A DNA stretch of 64,000 nucleotides from Octopus vulgaris (Eukaryota), in assembly GCA_951406725.2 (NCBI GenBank), contig OX597816.1, forward strand, positions 18,848,001 through 18,912,000. Direction: 5' to 3'. Below are positions 43,270-57,267 of this stretch, piece by piece. Numbering within the stretch: position 1 is the stretch's first letter; each line of letters opens with the position of its first letter. The notes beneath the pieces are model-generated. The model ran no database searches. It was not told where the DNA came from and worked only from the letters and a program-made list of their open reading frames with translations. A program made the position numbers and the translations under genes.

Positions 43270-44240
43270 TGTGTGTGTGTAAAGAAATAGATAGATGGGT
43301 TTTTTCACAAAGGAAATTTTGCTCATACCCACCATAACAGAAATACACACAAATGCACACACACACACACTGAATACCTGCGATACAAAGCAAATAGGAC
43401 TGTACGAATGGCTGAGGGACAATATTAAAAATGGGACTCAAGTGGAAGTGTGTGTAAAACCTGACGTTAACAGATGGGTAATCTCTTGTAATAAAGTAAG
43501 CAGGTAGCAGCGTATGATGAGGAGGCTGTTATTATGTATTATGCACATGGCTTCTCCCTATGCGATATTTCGTAACAGAATGAACACCTTTGAAAACATT
43601 CTATCAGTATTTCTCTATGGCGGTAATTTCATTTCATTAATTCATGGTTTAATCTTTCTTACAAAAGTAGTATCTCCTCAATATAAAAATATATTGCCAC
43701 ATTCAAATATGCTACGCTAAATATTTATATAAATACAAAAACATACTAATTCCATGGTTCTTTAGTGTAATAAAACCACTCCTTACATTTGCATTTAAAA
43801 TTTATCAATTCTCTGAACTGCTATTCACTGCCAACTCTTCAGTAGACACATTGGATACGTGCCATATATTACATATACGATAATCGTCCGAATAAATGCA
43901 TAATATTTTGGAAAATTCAAACGGAATGTTGATTAAAATGTAATACATGGTTTTAGCAATGTTTCAACAATCCGCTACCTTTGTATAAACAGGAAATCGA
44001 AGCGAAAAGAGATACAAATTACATATTTTCCTGTTCATAACAGTAAAGAAATATTGCTTTTAGTATCGGTTGGCTGAAAACAGAATATTTAGTATTTCAA
44101 ATGGGAAATAAGTAAACCTGACAATGGAGAAAGTTTAACAAAAACCTCTATATTTCAGGCGCAAAGGCCTACTTTCCGAGAAACACAAAGGGTGTATTTA
44201 CATTATAGATCCTTCCATTTTGGATAGTCGCCCCCAGTAG

Positions 44241-44659
44241 AGGCGCAATGACCCAGTGTTTAGGGCAGCGGACTGGTGGTCGTAAGAACGCGGTTTCGAT
44301 TCCCAGACCGGGTATTATGAGTGTTATGCGGAGGCGCAATGGCCCAGTGGTTAGGGCAGCGGACTCACGGTCATAGAATCGCGGTTTCGATTCCCAGACC
44401 GGGCGTTGTGAGTGTTTATTGAGCGAAAACACCTAAGAGGTCCACGAGGCCCCGGCAGGGGATGGTGGTGATCACTGCTGTACTCTTTCACCACAACTTT
44501 CTCTCACTCTTACTTCCTGTTTCTGTTGTACCTGTATTTCAAGGGGCCGGTCTTGTCACTCTCGGTGTCACGCTGAATATCCCCGAGAACTACGTTAAGG
44601 GTGCACGTTCTGCGGAGTGTTCAGCCACTTACACGTTAATTTCACGAGCAGGCTGTTCC
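44241..44659 (+). mobile_element. SINE family B with duplicated tRNA head
   Basis: Head at 44241-44325 repeated at 44330; body ends in a (CTA/CTG)n array. Confidence 0.88.
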
Positions 44660-44846
44660 TACTGATGCTACTACTGCTGCTCCTGCTGCTGCTACTACTG
44701 CTGCTACTACTTCTGCTACTACTACTACTACTACTATTACTACTACTACTACTACTACTGCTGCTCCTACTGCTGCTGCTACTACTACTACTGCTACTAC
44801 TACTGCTACTACTACTACCACTACCAGCACCACCACCATCACCACC

Positions 44847-44903
<57 letters not shown>

Positions 44904-44930
44904 ACTACTACTACTACTACTACTACTATC
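44660..44930. repeat. Compound (CTA/CTG/CCA)n microsatellite
   Basis: Direct reading. Confidence 0.95.
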
Positions 44931-44934
44931 ACAG

Positions 44935-45224
44935 CAGTCATAACGATGGACAACCGCCTTCACCTCTACTGCGGCAAACCTACAGGCCGTCTTCACCTTC
45001 CTCGCACTGCCGTCATCAATGTGACCTCTACGGCACTTGGGAGCTGCTGCTACCAGGACGAGCACCGGACTATCGAAAATGGCATCGTCTATGGAAATAC
45101 CCATTTCTTTGAATGCATTCTTCTGAAAATAGGCCGTTGGCCCCGATATATATAAGTTTTGAAAACGCTCTGCATCGTTAATAGTAATGACAACAACAAC
45201 AGCAACAACAACAACAACAACAAC

Positions 45225-45267
<43 letters not shown>

Positions 45268-45430
45268 TTAATAATAATAACAACAACAACAACATCGAAA
45301 AATAACTTAGGAATGAGGACCCAGTTTCGAAATTTCCCTAAGACGCCTGAAGAAGGCTGGAGGGTATATCAGCCGAAACTTTGTGTTCACTACCAAGAAG
45401 ATGAAGACAAATATCCGTTGAATGTAAATA

Positions 45431-45435
<5 letters not shown>
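44935..45435 (+). mobile_element. pLTR-like element with TATA-like run, internal (AAC/AAT)n and hammerhead at 45342-45387
   Basis: GACGC-CTGAAGA-A-GGCTG(gagggtatat)CAGCC-GAAAC-TTT-GTGTT; GATATATATAAG at ~45146; ends at (TA)n. Boundaries approximate. Confidence 0.6.
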
Positions 45436-45471
<36 letters not shown>

Positions 45472-45474
<3 letters not shown>

Positions 45475-45795
45475 GAACTGAAGAAAATGCTGACAAAATA
45501 ATTTAAGTAAGGGAGAGTGTATTTAATTAGGTGAAAGTTCTTTTTACCGGTTGCGCATTTGTTATGCTTATCAAAATATATTTTGAGTGAGATAGAGATA
45601 GAGTTCCTTCCTGATTGATTTTTTCTCTTATCTGATAAGAGAAAAAAATCAATCAGAAAGGAACTCTAAATGCGCAACCGGTAAAAAGAACTTTCACCTA
45701 ATTAAATACACTCTCCCTTACTTAAATTATTTTGTCAGCATTTTCTTCACTTCCTTGTTTTATATATCACAACTCGTGTTCCACATCTCCTTTTT

Positions 45796-45798
<3 letters not shown>
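45472..45798. repeat. Fold-back element between (TA)n tracts
   Basis: 45634-45756 is complementary to 45472-45560 plus 45600-45632 (1-nt loop; 39 extra nt in left arm; a few mismatches). Confidence 0.85.
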
Positions 45799-45853
<55 letters not shown>

Positions 45854-46794
45854 TTACCTATAGAAACATATGCACACATGCATAATAACATACGCATATG
45901 AAAATCTGAAATGCATTCTACGAATATAATGATCTTTAAATACTGAAATTATAAATTCTATAAAAACGCTATCTCCGTATAATTATTTCCTCATGTAACC
46001 TTGTCTCATATGTACATAATTGCATACAGATGATCCACGCATGGGCTTGTATATTCACTTCATAGTAATTACACAATTAAAACTATACAGCGTAAATTTC
46101 TTAGATATAGCTGTTTCACAAATTTTGTGTTACAGGTAGTGTATATAAAGGTTTGTTGCAAAATAAAAGGGATTTATAATATAAGGAGGTATTTTTAAAC
46201 ATCTCATATGCATATTCCTCCAACAGCTTGTATGCATTCCTGTTGCATGTCATACAAAATATTTTAGCTACATTTTATCATATAATAGCATGACAAATGC
46301 AGCCATATTTACCTGAACTTAGAAGAGAGTTACTTCCTCTAAGCTCCACATTGTTCTAAGATTTTTAGTAGAATTTATTTACATGTTGATGCTAATATAA
46401 ATATGATAAAAATATAATAAGAACAATCTGCCGGGAATATTCGTACAGCCTAAAGAATATACATTATGTAAACTATTATAGTTATAAGTGAATATATTCT
46501 CGGACATGTACATGAAACAGTCTCCGTAATAGTCTTCAAGAAGATTATAATGTAAAATGTCATATTTTGACAGTTTTCAGCTGATTATAAAATCCGATTG
46601 GAAAAGTGTCTGAATATAGGTTGAGTTGGCAATTGAAATGTCTCTGTATGTACGTTATAAAGAAAAATGCATTGCAAACAAAATCGGTAAATATTTCGTT
46701 TCCATAAACGAAAATCGAGTTACATCGAAACGGTAAGCTCTCAAGACATAAGTGTATTGTCACTGAGGAGTAGAGAATAAAGAAATCAGCATTA

Positions 46795-48447
46795 CGAGGT
46801 TCATTCCAGAAGTTTCAGGACTGTTTCACAGCAGTTATTTATTATTTTCAAAGTAATACAAAATCGTAATCGCCTTCGATCTACGACCGTCTTAGTTAAA
46901 TGCACTTATTGTAGCACTCCAGACATTTTGTAATGGCCCCATGGTAATTCGCGAAAGTTAATTTGTTCAACATGCTAGTCAAGGCGGTATAGCCACCTTC
47001 ATCTTCAAAACTACTAACCTTGATATTCTGCTTGGGAAACAACCAAAATTCACAGGGAGCAAGATCTGGAAAGTAAGGTCGACGAAGGATAGTTTTGATT
47101 TCCATCTCTGTCGATTATTATGTTAGGATGGAATTGAAGCTCACTCTTTGTCCTGGTACAGGTACCACCAAGCCGAGCTGAACAGTTCTGGCCTTGCTAA
47201 AAAAATATCTCTAAAAGCCACCACAAAGTACTCCTTGCCGAGTATCATTGGTATTGGTATTGGCATCCTTTCTGTATCGGGAGACAATGGAGTTGCGCAT
47301 AAAGTAGTCTAGTCCGGCTTTTGCATTTCATGTCCTGATACATTTCCTGCTGTGGCTGTGTAGTCCTATCCTGGACAAACACTCCCTCTGGCAGGTACCG
47401 CAAATGTAGCGAAGACTGTTCCTGGCTGGTTGTAGTGCCATAGTCTCTCGTTTACGTCTTTTCCATTCTTTCCATTTCTCCTCTCTCTCTCTCTCTGTCA
47501 CTCCTTTGTATTCCCTCCTTTACGGTACGTCGCCATTCTCCACGGTTGCCGGCAACTGCCTCCCAACCGCTAATATTGATGTTGCAGGCCTTCATGTCCC
47601 TTTTGCAAACATCCTTGTAACGTAAGATCGGTCTACCCACAGACCTAGTAATGGGGATGGTAATCTTGTTGGCGATAAAAGGAAGCATCACCTGTTTTCC
47701 AGTGGACCTGCTTTGCTTGGCCTTCTTTTGTCATAATGTGCCAGGACGATTCAACCGGTCTCTCAATCTCTTAGTCTCTGGATCCATAACATAGATCCAC
47801 CTTTCCTCAATGTTTCCAGATTCGCGAATACTTTTTGATTGGAGGTAATGAACTCAACTATCTTCCTGCTGTTATAAATATCTCCTCCCTTCGTTCCGTC
47901 AATGATCATTTTAGCAACAAATTTTGCACAGATTTTGTGCATGTTCAGATCCTCATGAGCAATTCTGCATACAGTTTCCACAGCAGCACTAGACTGCATG
48001 TCTGATATCATTATACACGCACGCCAGCATCCACGAAGAAATTTGCGAATTTTCTCAACCCGCATTGATGTTGTTACGTCCCGGTCCCTCCCGCACCTCT
48101 CATTGTTTCTCACCTCCTCTCAACCATCCTTGAAATTATTATGCCGGCTCATACGGGTTAATCTGTATGCGGTATGGGGCATTTCCTACGTCTCTAACGT
48201 GTTTGTCCAGTTTAATACAAAACTTTGTTCTTCTCGTGTTTCTATATCGTCTTGACTTCTCAACCCTCTTCTGCAAACCAGGATGTGCGAAACATGCTCT
48301 GCCACTGTCTTCGTCAATCTACAATAAAAAAAAACTTGGCAGCTCAGCTTATTAGATATATAGTAATGGTATATTTAATTACAATAATCTAGGTCAGTCA
48401 TAAATGCCTCTTCTAAAAAATTATTAAAACATCAGGAATGAACCTAG
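46795..48447 (-). mobile_element. Degenerate mariner interrupted by an RTE LINE fragment
   Basis: PYFPDLAPCEFWLFPK and HEDLNMHKICAKFVAK motifs; left end TA-CGAGGTTCATTCC matches degenerate GGAATGAACCTAG-CA at 48435-48449. Confidence 0.8.
47243..47656 (-). mobile_element. RTE-clade LINE 3' fragment
   Basis: GRPILRYKDVCKRDMK..W...A..R..WR, C-terminal C2H2 finger CGTCQRECLSRIGLHSHSRK, short 3'UTR and (CCAATA)n tail. Confidence 0.85.
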
Positions 48448-49115
48448 CACTGTGTGTGCATCGTAGTGTTAATGTTATGAATGCAATGTAAAATTATCGT
48501 GTATTAATTTAATAATGTCCGTGGTTCCTAGAACATGAAACACGTTAACAGGCCAGTAAAAATTCCGCTTACAAATAATGAAGACAAATATATTTCACCA
48601 GGAAATGCAGAATTTAACAGAAATTTTACAACGAGATGCAGCCATTTCAGATTTCGAAAAATATTCTTGAGGATTTTTGAAAGCATACTATTCAGGTCAA
48701 CTTTAAATGTTAGAACCAATGTATGTAATAGTATGCTAGAACCACTCTATTTAGAAGTTAAATAAAGGGATACTAATTATTTCTGATTATTTTCTAATTA
48801 ATTGTAAATATATGTATGTAAAATATCATGTTTTATAACGTTTCGTTTTGCAAAATACGTCTATACAGTTTCAAGACATACGTCGCCTATTTATATATTA
48901 ATAGATAGCATGTCGTTTCTTCAGTGCTACACTACAACATCTATATGAATATATTATATGATTTTGAATGAATTGATTTGGCATCCACGTAAAAATATGT
49001 CCTCTCATATCTTTTGTCAATATACCAGTTAATTGTTCAAAACCTGTACAGAAAAATTCTCATCCACGCCTGCGCACAGAAGAATATAATTTTTGGCAAT
49101 TTCTTTTCATACTTA

Positions 49116-49496
49116 AGGAGCACTCCGTCGGTTACGACGATGAGGGTCCCAGCTGATACGATCAACGGAACAGCTTGCTCGTAGAATTAACATGCAAGTG
49201 ACTGAGCATTCCACAGACACGTGTACCCTTAACGTAGTTCTCGAGGAGATTCAGCGTGACACAGAGTGTGACAAGGCTGGCCCTTTGAAATACAGGTACA
49301 ACAGAAACAGGAAGGAAGAGTGAGAGAAAGTTGTGGTGAAAGAGTACAGCAGGGTTCACCACCACCCCCTGCAGGAGCCTTGTGAAGCTTTAGGTGTTTT
49401 CGCTCAATAAACACTCACAATGCCCGGTCTGGGAATCGAAACCGCGATCCTACGACCGCGAGTCCACTGCCCTAACCACTGGGCCATTGCGCCTCA
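49116..49496 (-). mobile_element. SINE family B with 11-bp TSD
   Basis: TSD TTTCATACTTA at 49105-49115 and 49497-49507. Confidence 0.93.
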
Positions 49497-50326
49497 TTTC
49501 ATACTTACTATGACATACAATGCTCTGGATCTAAAACCTCAAAATATTATAAAAGTTAATGTTCGATAGATATATTACTGGTAAATCACATTCTGCAAGA
49601 AGCATTACACAAACTCCGCGTGAATGCCATAAGCAATTTTTATTAAATGAATCATAGAATTCGTTATGGAGTCTAGTCAAAGTATAAAAATTGCCAGATG
49701 TTCACATTTTGAGAATAATTCGGACAAATAGCCTAATATTTGAGGAGACGTATATCTGAAAAATGAATGACTTATCCATATCTTATAGTGGGTCAGCTTT
49801 AATTAAAAATAACTTTCATCCCTGCATATATTTGATGAAACAGAAATATTGTTATATATCGGCCTCAGAGTAAGAACGTGAGTGGATATATTTGTAGAGG
49901 ACATCAATGGTCATTACATTATTGTGATCAAAATGAAATTCTATCCCTTAATTGAAATATCAATAACTGTAAATTGTGCATTCAAAGGCATTCTTTAAAA
50001 CCGCATTCCATTATGAACACGCATCATACATTTATTGTGTTCATAACTTACGTAATATTGTGCGATTGAAGCCGGACCCATTTCTAGGGAAATGGGCCCA
50101 AATGGGGGTAATAAATCTTCATATCTTCAATAATAATTAATATACGCATACCTCAAAGTCTATATCGAAGTATCCGGCCAAACCTTATAGAATTCAGATT
50201 TATTACATAATTTTACAGCTCATTTCCGAAAATAAATGATATCGAAAGATAAAAATAAGCCAATGTCTTATAGTACATATGATTGTTATTATAGTGTATA
50301 TGATTTGCACTATATAACTATAAGGT

Positions 50327-50706
50327 GGAGGCGCAATGGTCAAGTGGTTAGGGTAGCGGACTCGCGGTCGTAGGATTGCGGTTTCGATTCCCAGACCAGG
50401 CATTGTGAGTGTTTATTGAGCGAAAACACCTACAGCTTCACAAGGCTCCTGCAGGGGGTGGTGGTGAACCCTGCTGTACTCTTTCACCACAACTTTCTCT
50501 CAATCTTTCTTCCTGTTTCTGTTGTACCTGTATTTCAAAGGGCCAGCCTTGTCACACTCTGTGTCACGCTGAATCTCCTCGAGAACTACGTTAAGGGTAC
50601 ACGAGTCTGTGGAGTGCTCAGCCACTTGCACGTTAATTCCACGAGCAAGCTGTTCGGTTGATCGTATCAGCTGTGACTCTGATCGTCGTAACCGACGGAG
50701 TGCTCC
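50327..50706 (+). mobile_element. SINE family B
   Basis: Full-length; 3' part is re-copied in the inverted arm at 51050-51220. Confidence 0.92.
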
Positions 50707-51220
50707 TAATATCTATAAAGCTGTAGTGTATATATAAAGTTGAATTATATGCTCAATTTATTAAAGTTTTACAACCTAGACTCCAAAGGACATCTTTGAT
50801 AAAAGAAGAATAATTTTAAAAATATGTGAAGACTTCATCATTAAACGATTACAGCGAAACAGTACAGAGAGTTACAGGGCATAACTCTCTGTACTGTTTC
50901 GCTGTAATCGTTTAATGATGAAGTCTTCACATATTTTTAAAATTATTCTTCTTTTATCAAAGATGTCCTTTGGAGTCTAGGTTGTAAAACTTTAATAAAT
51001 TGAGCATATAATTCAACTTTATATATACACTACAGCTTTATAGATATTAGGAGCACTCCGTCGGTTACGACGATCAGAGTCACAGCTGATACGATCAACC
51101 GAACAGCTTGCTCGTGGAATTAACGTGCATGTGGCTGAGCACTCCACAGACTCGTGTACCCTTAACGTAGTTCTCGAGGAGATTCAGCGTGACACAGAGT
51201 GTGACAAGGCTGGCCCTTTG
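50536..51220. repeat. 339-bp near-perfect inverted duplication with 7-nt spacer
   Basis: Arms 50536-50874 and 50882-51220, spacer CAGGGCA, one mismatch seen. Confidence 0.95.
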
Positions 51221-51564
51221 TTATAACAAAGGGGCGTGCTAAATGTTTTTAAGTGCCTGTATAGCTGGAATCAGAAACAAGAGAAACTCTTAACTTTCAT
51301 ACACATGACCAATACAGAACCAAAAGTGTGGTAAATCAAATGCAGCGGCAGTCCGTGGGTGTTAAATTTCTCGTAAGTAATTTCTACCACATTGGAAATT
51401 GCTCAAGAAATCGAATCCACCTTTAGCACTTGCCTATAAACTTTCGTATAATTTTATACAGTAGCAGTGAAATTTTCGTATGCGATAATCTCTATTAATA
51501 TTTAATCAGATATGTCCTTGTATTCATGCATATATGCATGCAAACATACATACATAAATATTTA

Positions 51565-51651
<87 letters not shown>

Positions 51652-54600
51652 TATATATATATATAGGTGTGTATGTGCTTGTATACATACATATACATAT
51701 ATATATCTACATATAAATAAATTTATATATACATGCACACACACACACGCATATATATATCCAGGAGTGCTAAAAGATTCTTAGATTTCTGAAGGAGCAA
51801 TGCGTAGTGGATTTAGTAGTTTAACATATCTTTTGGGAGTTTGTGCAATTTCCATTTTCCTCGCATTTGGAAGTAGGAATCTATTTAGATAAATATAACT
51901 GACAACATTTAGACTTTAGGAACTTGATAAATATAGTTGATTCTTTCTAAATAATTCCATATGATATATACCTTGACTTTCTCGGAATAGCACACGATGA
52001 TTGCTAAATATAAGAATAATTCAATATATAAACCAAAATATATTGCTAAATTGTAAGGAATGGACAATTTCGTTATCTCTCCTCCTGCTGTATATGTCTA
52101 TTTGCGAATTCCTCTTCATATAAAGTATGAAAAATTATATATAATACAAAATAAAATTAAGTAAAAGAGAAAGCAACAATATGCAGTATGATAACGGATT
52201 GAAAAGTCTTTCGAATAATCATTTCATGAAAGGGACAATAATCAATAGTCCCAGGCGGTTTTGTGTAACTTGAGGGGAAAAAATGAAAATATATCTCTTT
52301 GAAAAATTCCAGCAACAGAATATGTTTGTCGAGAAAACAAAGATTGGTAGATGAAATGAAAACATTTTCTATGATGGCATTTTAACTTTTTTCATGATAT
52401 TTTTTTACTGATTCTTAGCATCGTTCATGTTTTTCCTTCTGTGCTCTGCTATTTTACCATTTTACCGTTTTTCTGTATCGCTGCTATTCTAACTTATTTT
52501 TCTTGGCGCGTATCACTGTGACTGTCTGTTTCTTTTTCTCTCCATTTTTTTCTTTCATATTTAGTCTGCGGTTACCTTTTCTTTTCTTCCTGCTAGTGAC
52601 TAGACATTTTTGGACAACTGTCAACGTTCATTGTTTTTGTAGCTTTAGTTTGTCTGACAAACACTAATGAGATTCGTTGAGTTTCGCTTAGAAGTAGCAT
52701 TATTGTTTGGCAATATTTTCTTTTAGTTTTGTTTTGGTCTGCCGTGATTGTAATAACTGTGTAGCAGTATTGGGTTGATGGCTAATATTGTGTCTTATGA
52801 TATTCATTTCATGAAGAAATATTTCTTCATAACAATCATTTCACAGGACAGAACATCAATCAGTATCATATATCGCTATATAGATGTCACGATAGACTGA
52901 AATACATTTCATAATTTTGCACTGATTTGAGAGCGTGCAATCGTACTTTCATTATATAAAAAAAATCTATTTATCATTCGGTATATTTTCATGAGGATAT
53001 AGCATTATTTATTTGAAACATTGAAGCGAACACAAATCGTGTTAGTAAATATTTAAAAGCGAAATCAATGTTAAAAGAGTCACGGGTCTGCCATCTATTT
53101 GTCCATGTTCTTCTATGAACAGAAGGATGTAGTCTACGATGACGTGTATACCATATACTCCTGTAAGCTTGAAACCATATATCTCTCATTTCAGCCAAGA
53201 GTCCCAAAGAATCAGCAAAGCTTAAGTGTGTGTAGCTTTCTTGCTCCCATTTCATATTATACGCTGGAAGACAACATAAAGCATATATTTGATACTCATA
53301 ATTACGACTAAGTAGGCCAGCATTTTTGTGCACAATGAGCTACTCTATTATAATGAATTTATTACTATGGTAAGTCGAACTGTTTAATATGTGAAATCTT
53401 ATCAACTCCGAAGGTATATAAGTGCGAAGTTGATCAAGAACAGATTTGAACTCAGAAAGGAAACAATCGGAAGAAGAATTCAAAGGCATTTTGCCAATGC
53501 TCTTATGAATCTGCTAAACCAATACTGGACAACGCCTCTTAGGCATAATCATTTCAAATGATTCCTTTATACACAGGCACGTTGGACCTGACAGTTATAT
53601 TTATTGTGGATGATGCAGATATTTCAATGTGAAATCTTATGAGCTGTGTTATCATATTCTACCAATCAGATTATTTGACAAGTATTTTGCTATCATAATC
53701 TAAGTCACAATGTGGAACAATGATAACGGAAACAAGGCTAACCTACCAGACATAATTATCAAGGACAGGAATAATCACGTCTGTATTCTGTTAAACACTT
53801 GATCGGTAAGGAAAGGAGACGACTGATCAATTTTAGCGGCAATTTTAAAATAAAAGAGACACGTGGTCTAGATATGTAATTTGACAGAAGAAATATCTGC
53901 TCTGTATCGACATTTTTCGTAAGATAACATTATCAGTTTATTTTTATTTTTTTTACAAACATTAAATGGAATCACGACTGTCACAACCAATAAAATGCCT
54001 ACAGCAGAGGAAATAGAAACTGATGCAAACATAAAATTCTTTGGGATGTATCTACTGATAAATGCATTAAACATAGTTTTCCAAAACTTTTGAAGATAGA
54101 AGAGCAACAATATAATATGGCTCGAAGAAATTACTGGAATTTTTTATGCAACGACACAAGTTGTATTCCACCAGTATAGGACACTTCGAAAGATCATTAC
54201 AAATGTCACATCATTGCTTTGAGTTGATGTGTGTATCTTTTATTTACATCGAGTTTGTGAATAAGATATTTGCCTGCCAACTTATAGGAGTTGATTTCAA
54301 TTACAATCATTGAAGAAGACGTGGGTATTTAGTTAGAAGTTTACTCCACAACCACATGACTTCGGGTTGGTCCAATTTCGTTGCAAGTTGGGCATATGCT
54401 TTCTCCTATAGTCCCGCGCAGATTAATGCCTTCCTGGCTTTTGCATTGAGAAACTGAAAGAAGCCCGCCATATATGTATATACCTATGTATGTGCGTCTG
54501 TGTATTTGTGTTTGGACAAAGGATGTGTTTATAGTTATTAAATGTAAGTGTTGTACATTAGCTCCTTCCCTCCATCAAATCGACGTTGCCTGAAGAGGTG

Positions 54601-54753
54601 CACAGTGTTCCATACAGTATTTGTGGATGTGATCGCAGGGTAACGTGAGATGAAGTGTTTTGCTCAAAAACACAAAAACACTACCTGTTCAAGGAATTGA
54701 CACGACTATCTTGCGACTATGTGTGAGAATAAACACAAACACAGACATACACA

Positions 54754-54824
<71 letters not shown>

Positions 54825-55002
54825 GTAAACAATACCCACTCAGCATACAAAGAGCAGAATGCAATAAAATTTGCTTTCGATGATCCTTTGTGGTTAGGCA
54901 TCTAAATGAACTTGCTACTTCAAATGTTGGTTTCCAAATGACTACAATTTTGAGCCTACATTGGAACTAAACATTTAAAGCTTATCTTATCGTTATTGCC
55001 TA

Positions 55003-55143
<141 letters not shown>

Positions 55144-55543
55144 CATTGATAGATAGATGGGTGTATGGAAATATACAATTATGTATACATATATGTATAT
55201 ATGTGCATATATATATACATATACATACATACAATTATGGGTAAGGCCAAAACAATGCGAAGAAAATGCAAGGTAAATCAAAGGAAAAAAAAATGTGAAT
55301 TAATGTATTCAATAATTCAGGGTTATGACTCCATTTCCAAGAAATTGACTGACAACATCTGTCAGTTTCTCGAAAATTGGGTCATAATCTCGAAATATTG
55401 AATACAAGGTAAGTCTAAATTATTTCACATATTTTTTTCTTGTGATTTACCTTATATTTACTTCGCATTGCTTTGGCCTTACCCGCAATCTTTTATACAA
55501 TATATTCTACGCAATGCTCCATAGTAGTTATTCCACTATGTAT

Positions 55544-55644
<101 letters not shown>

Positions 55645-56619
55645 GCTTTCAAATATTTTTCGTCTTCCTGTCTACAACATCACGCATAAAGTGGGTAGGC
55701 ATCGGCTGGTCTGCGGCTATAGTATATGTTTCTCTCGATTTACCGTGCAGAGCGGCCGAACCCAAAACCACGATGATGCAAAGCAAGTGTCTTAATTGTA
55801 CAGTGATATCTGCGCCAATGTAGGAAAATTACTAATGCTCTACATATATTACTCCATTACATGAAATATTTTTTCATGCCAGGCAAACTATTTCCTAGTA
55901 AATTGGGTAGCTATAATGATGCAGCGAGTTAATGAAAATATGAATATTCATTAATAAGGCTACATTGGAAGCGGTGTATATTACGTGAAGTGACTCCATT
56001 TACGCTTTTGGTCTGTGGCACTAAATGGCACTACGAACGGATTCACTCAATGGGATGATAGTAATTTCCATGTTTATAGCGGATGTGCATCTGTATAGTG
56101 CCGCTCGGTAAAAAAAAGCGATAAATAGGAAATGTTACACTGATTCAGTAGGAAATATTGGAAAGCAGATCTACATTAGGAAAATGCACAAGAGGAAACA
56201 CGAAAAAAATAAATGAACATTTGTTTCATAAAGAAATAGACTTATAATAAACGAAAAAATACGCAGGTATCGATGGAGTAAAAGAAAAATATTCTGAAAT
56301 AAATAAGTGATGAGGACGAAATAGCATGGACGTATACTTTTTTATGTGTAAACTGAAGATAAGAAATAACCAACTATTTTCATTACTCTAGATCTTTCTG
56401 TGCGAAGTTACAATATCATCATATCCCTGCTAAATGGATTTGACAAAAAGAAAAGCATGGACCTTGTAAAATAACTGTTTTATGAATAGAAAATTTATTC
56501 TACAACGAAGAAGAGAAGACAAATCTAAACAGAAGAATAATTGTTTCCCGTATTGGGGTGACTAATAAGTATAAAACGAAGTCGAATAAACGAACTATGT
56601 TAAGATAAGATTATTAAAA

Positions 56620-57070
56620 TGTGGCTATAGGTTTAAAAAGTTTGCTTGCAACCTCGTAGCTTTGAGCTCTGTCCCACTGTCTGGAATCTCAGGAAAGTGT
56701 ATTTTAATGTAGCCCCTGGTCGATGACTACTGATCAACACACAGGGAATGACATTAGCTGCCTGAAACTGAATATATATACATTCTATATATTATAGCCT
56801 GAAACTGAATATATATACATTCTATATATTATATAGATGAGTATGTTTACTCTTGTGTTTTTGTTGATCCCCATCACCACTTGACCAATTATGTTGGTTT
56901 GTTTACGTCCCTCCAACTCAGAGTTTAGGCAGAGGAGCGCAATAAAACAATAACCAGATTAAATGAAAATATGTACTATTTTAGATTTATTTTATTAAAT
57001 CATATCAAGGTAGTGGAAAATAATGGCCGCAGTCCAATGCCCGAAAGAAATTAAAAACAGTAAAAGAAAG
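56620..57070 (+). mobile_element. SINE family A, old copy (similar relics at ~54320-54520 + and ~55638-55820 -)
   Basis: gtcccactg, tgtttacgtccc, atggccgcagtccaatg. Confidence 0.55.
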
Positions 57071-57267
57071 ATAAATAAATAAAATAGACTAGAAACTCGA
57101 CAGTCGATAATATGCATCAGAAGTTAATGTAGAAGTGGATGAGTATTCTATGAAAAGCATCGTTGGCAAAAGTGAGATATTAGGTCTTAGTATATTACAA
57201 GATTTCCTAAAGGGAACTATCATAGGCCTTCACATAATTGGAGTACGCAAAAATAGCTTGAGTGCTC

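Noticed and set aside
44595-45104. Poly-Ser/Leu ORFs
   Set aside because: Trinucleotide repeat with no coding signal.
48531-53912. Isolated plus-strand AG..GT open segments (48531-48720, ~53123-53162, ~53872-53918) as exons
   Set aside because: No recognisable protein and no consistent exon chain; expected by chance.
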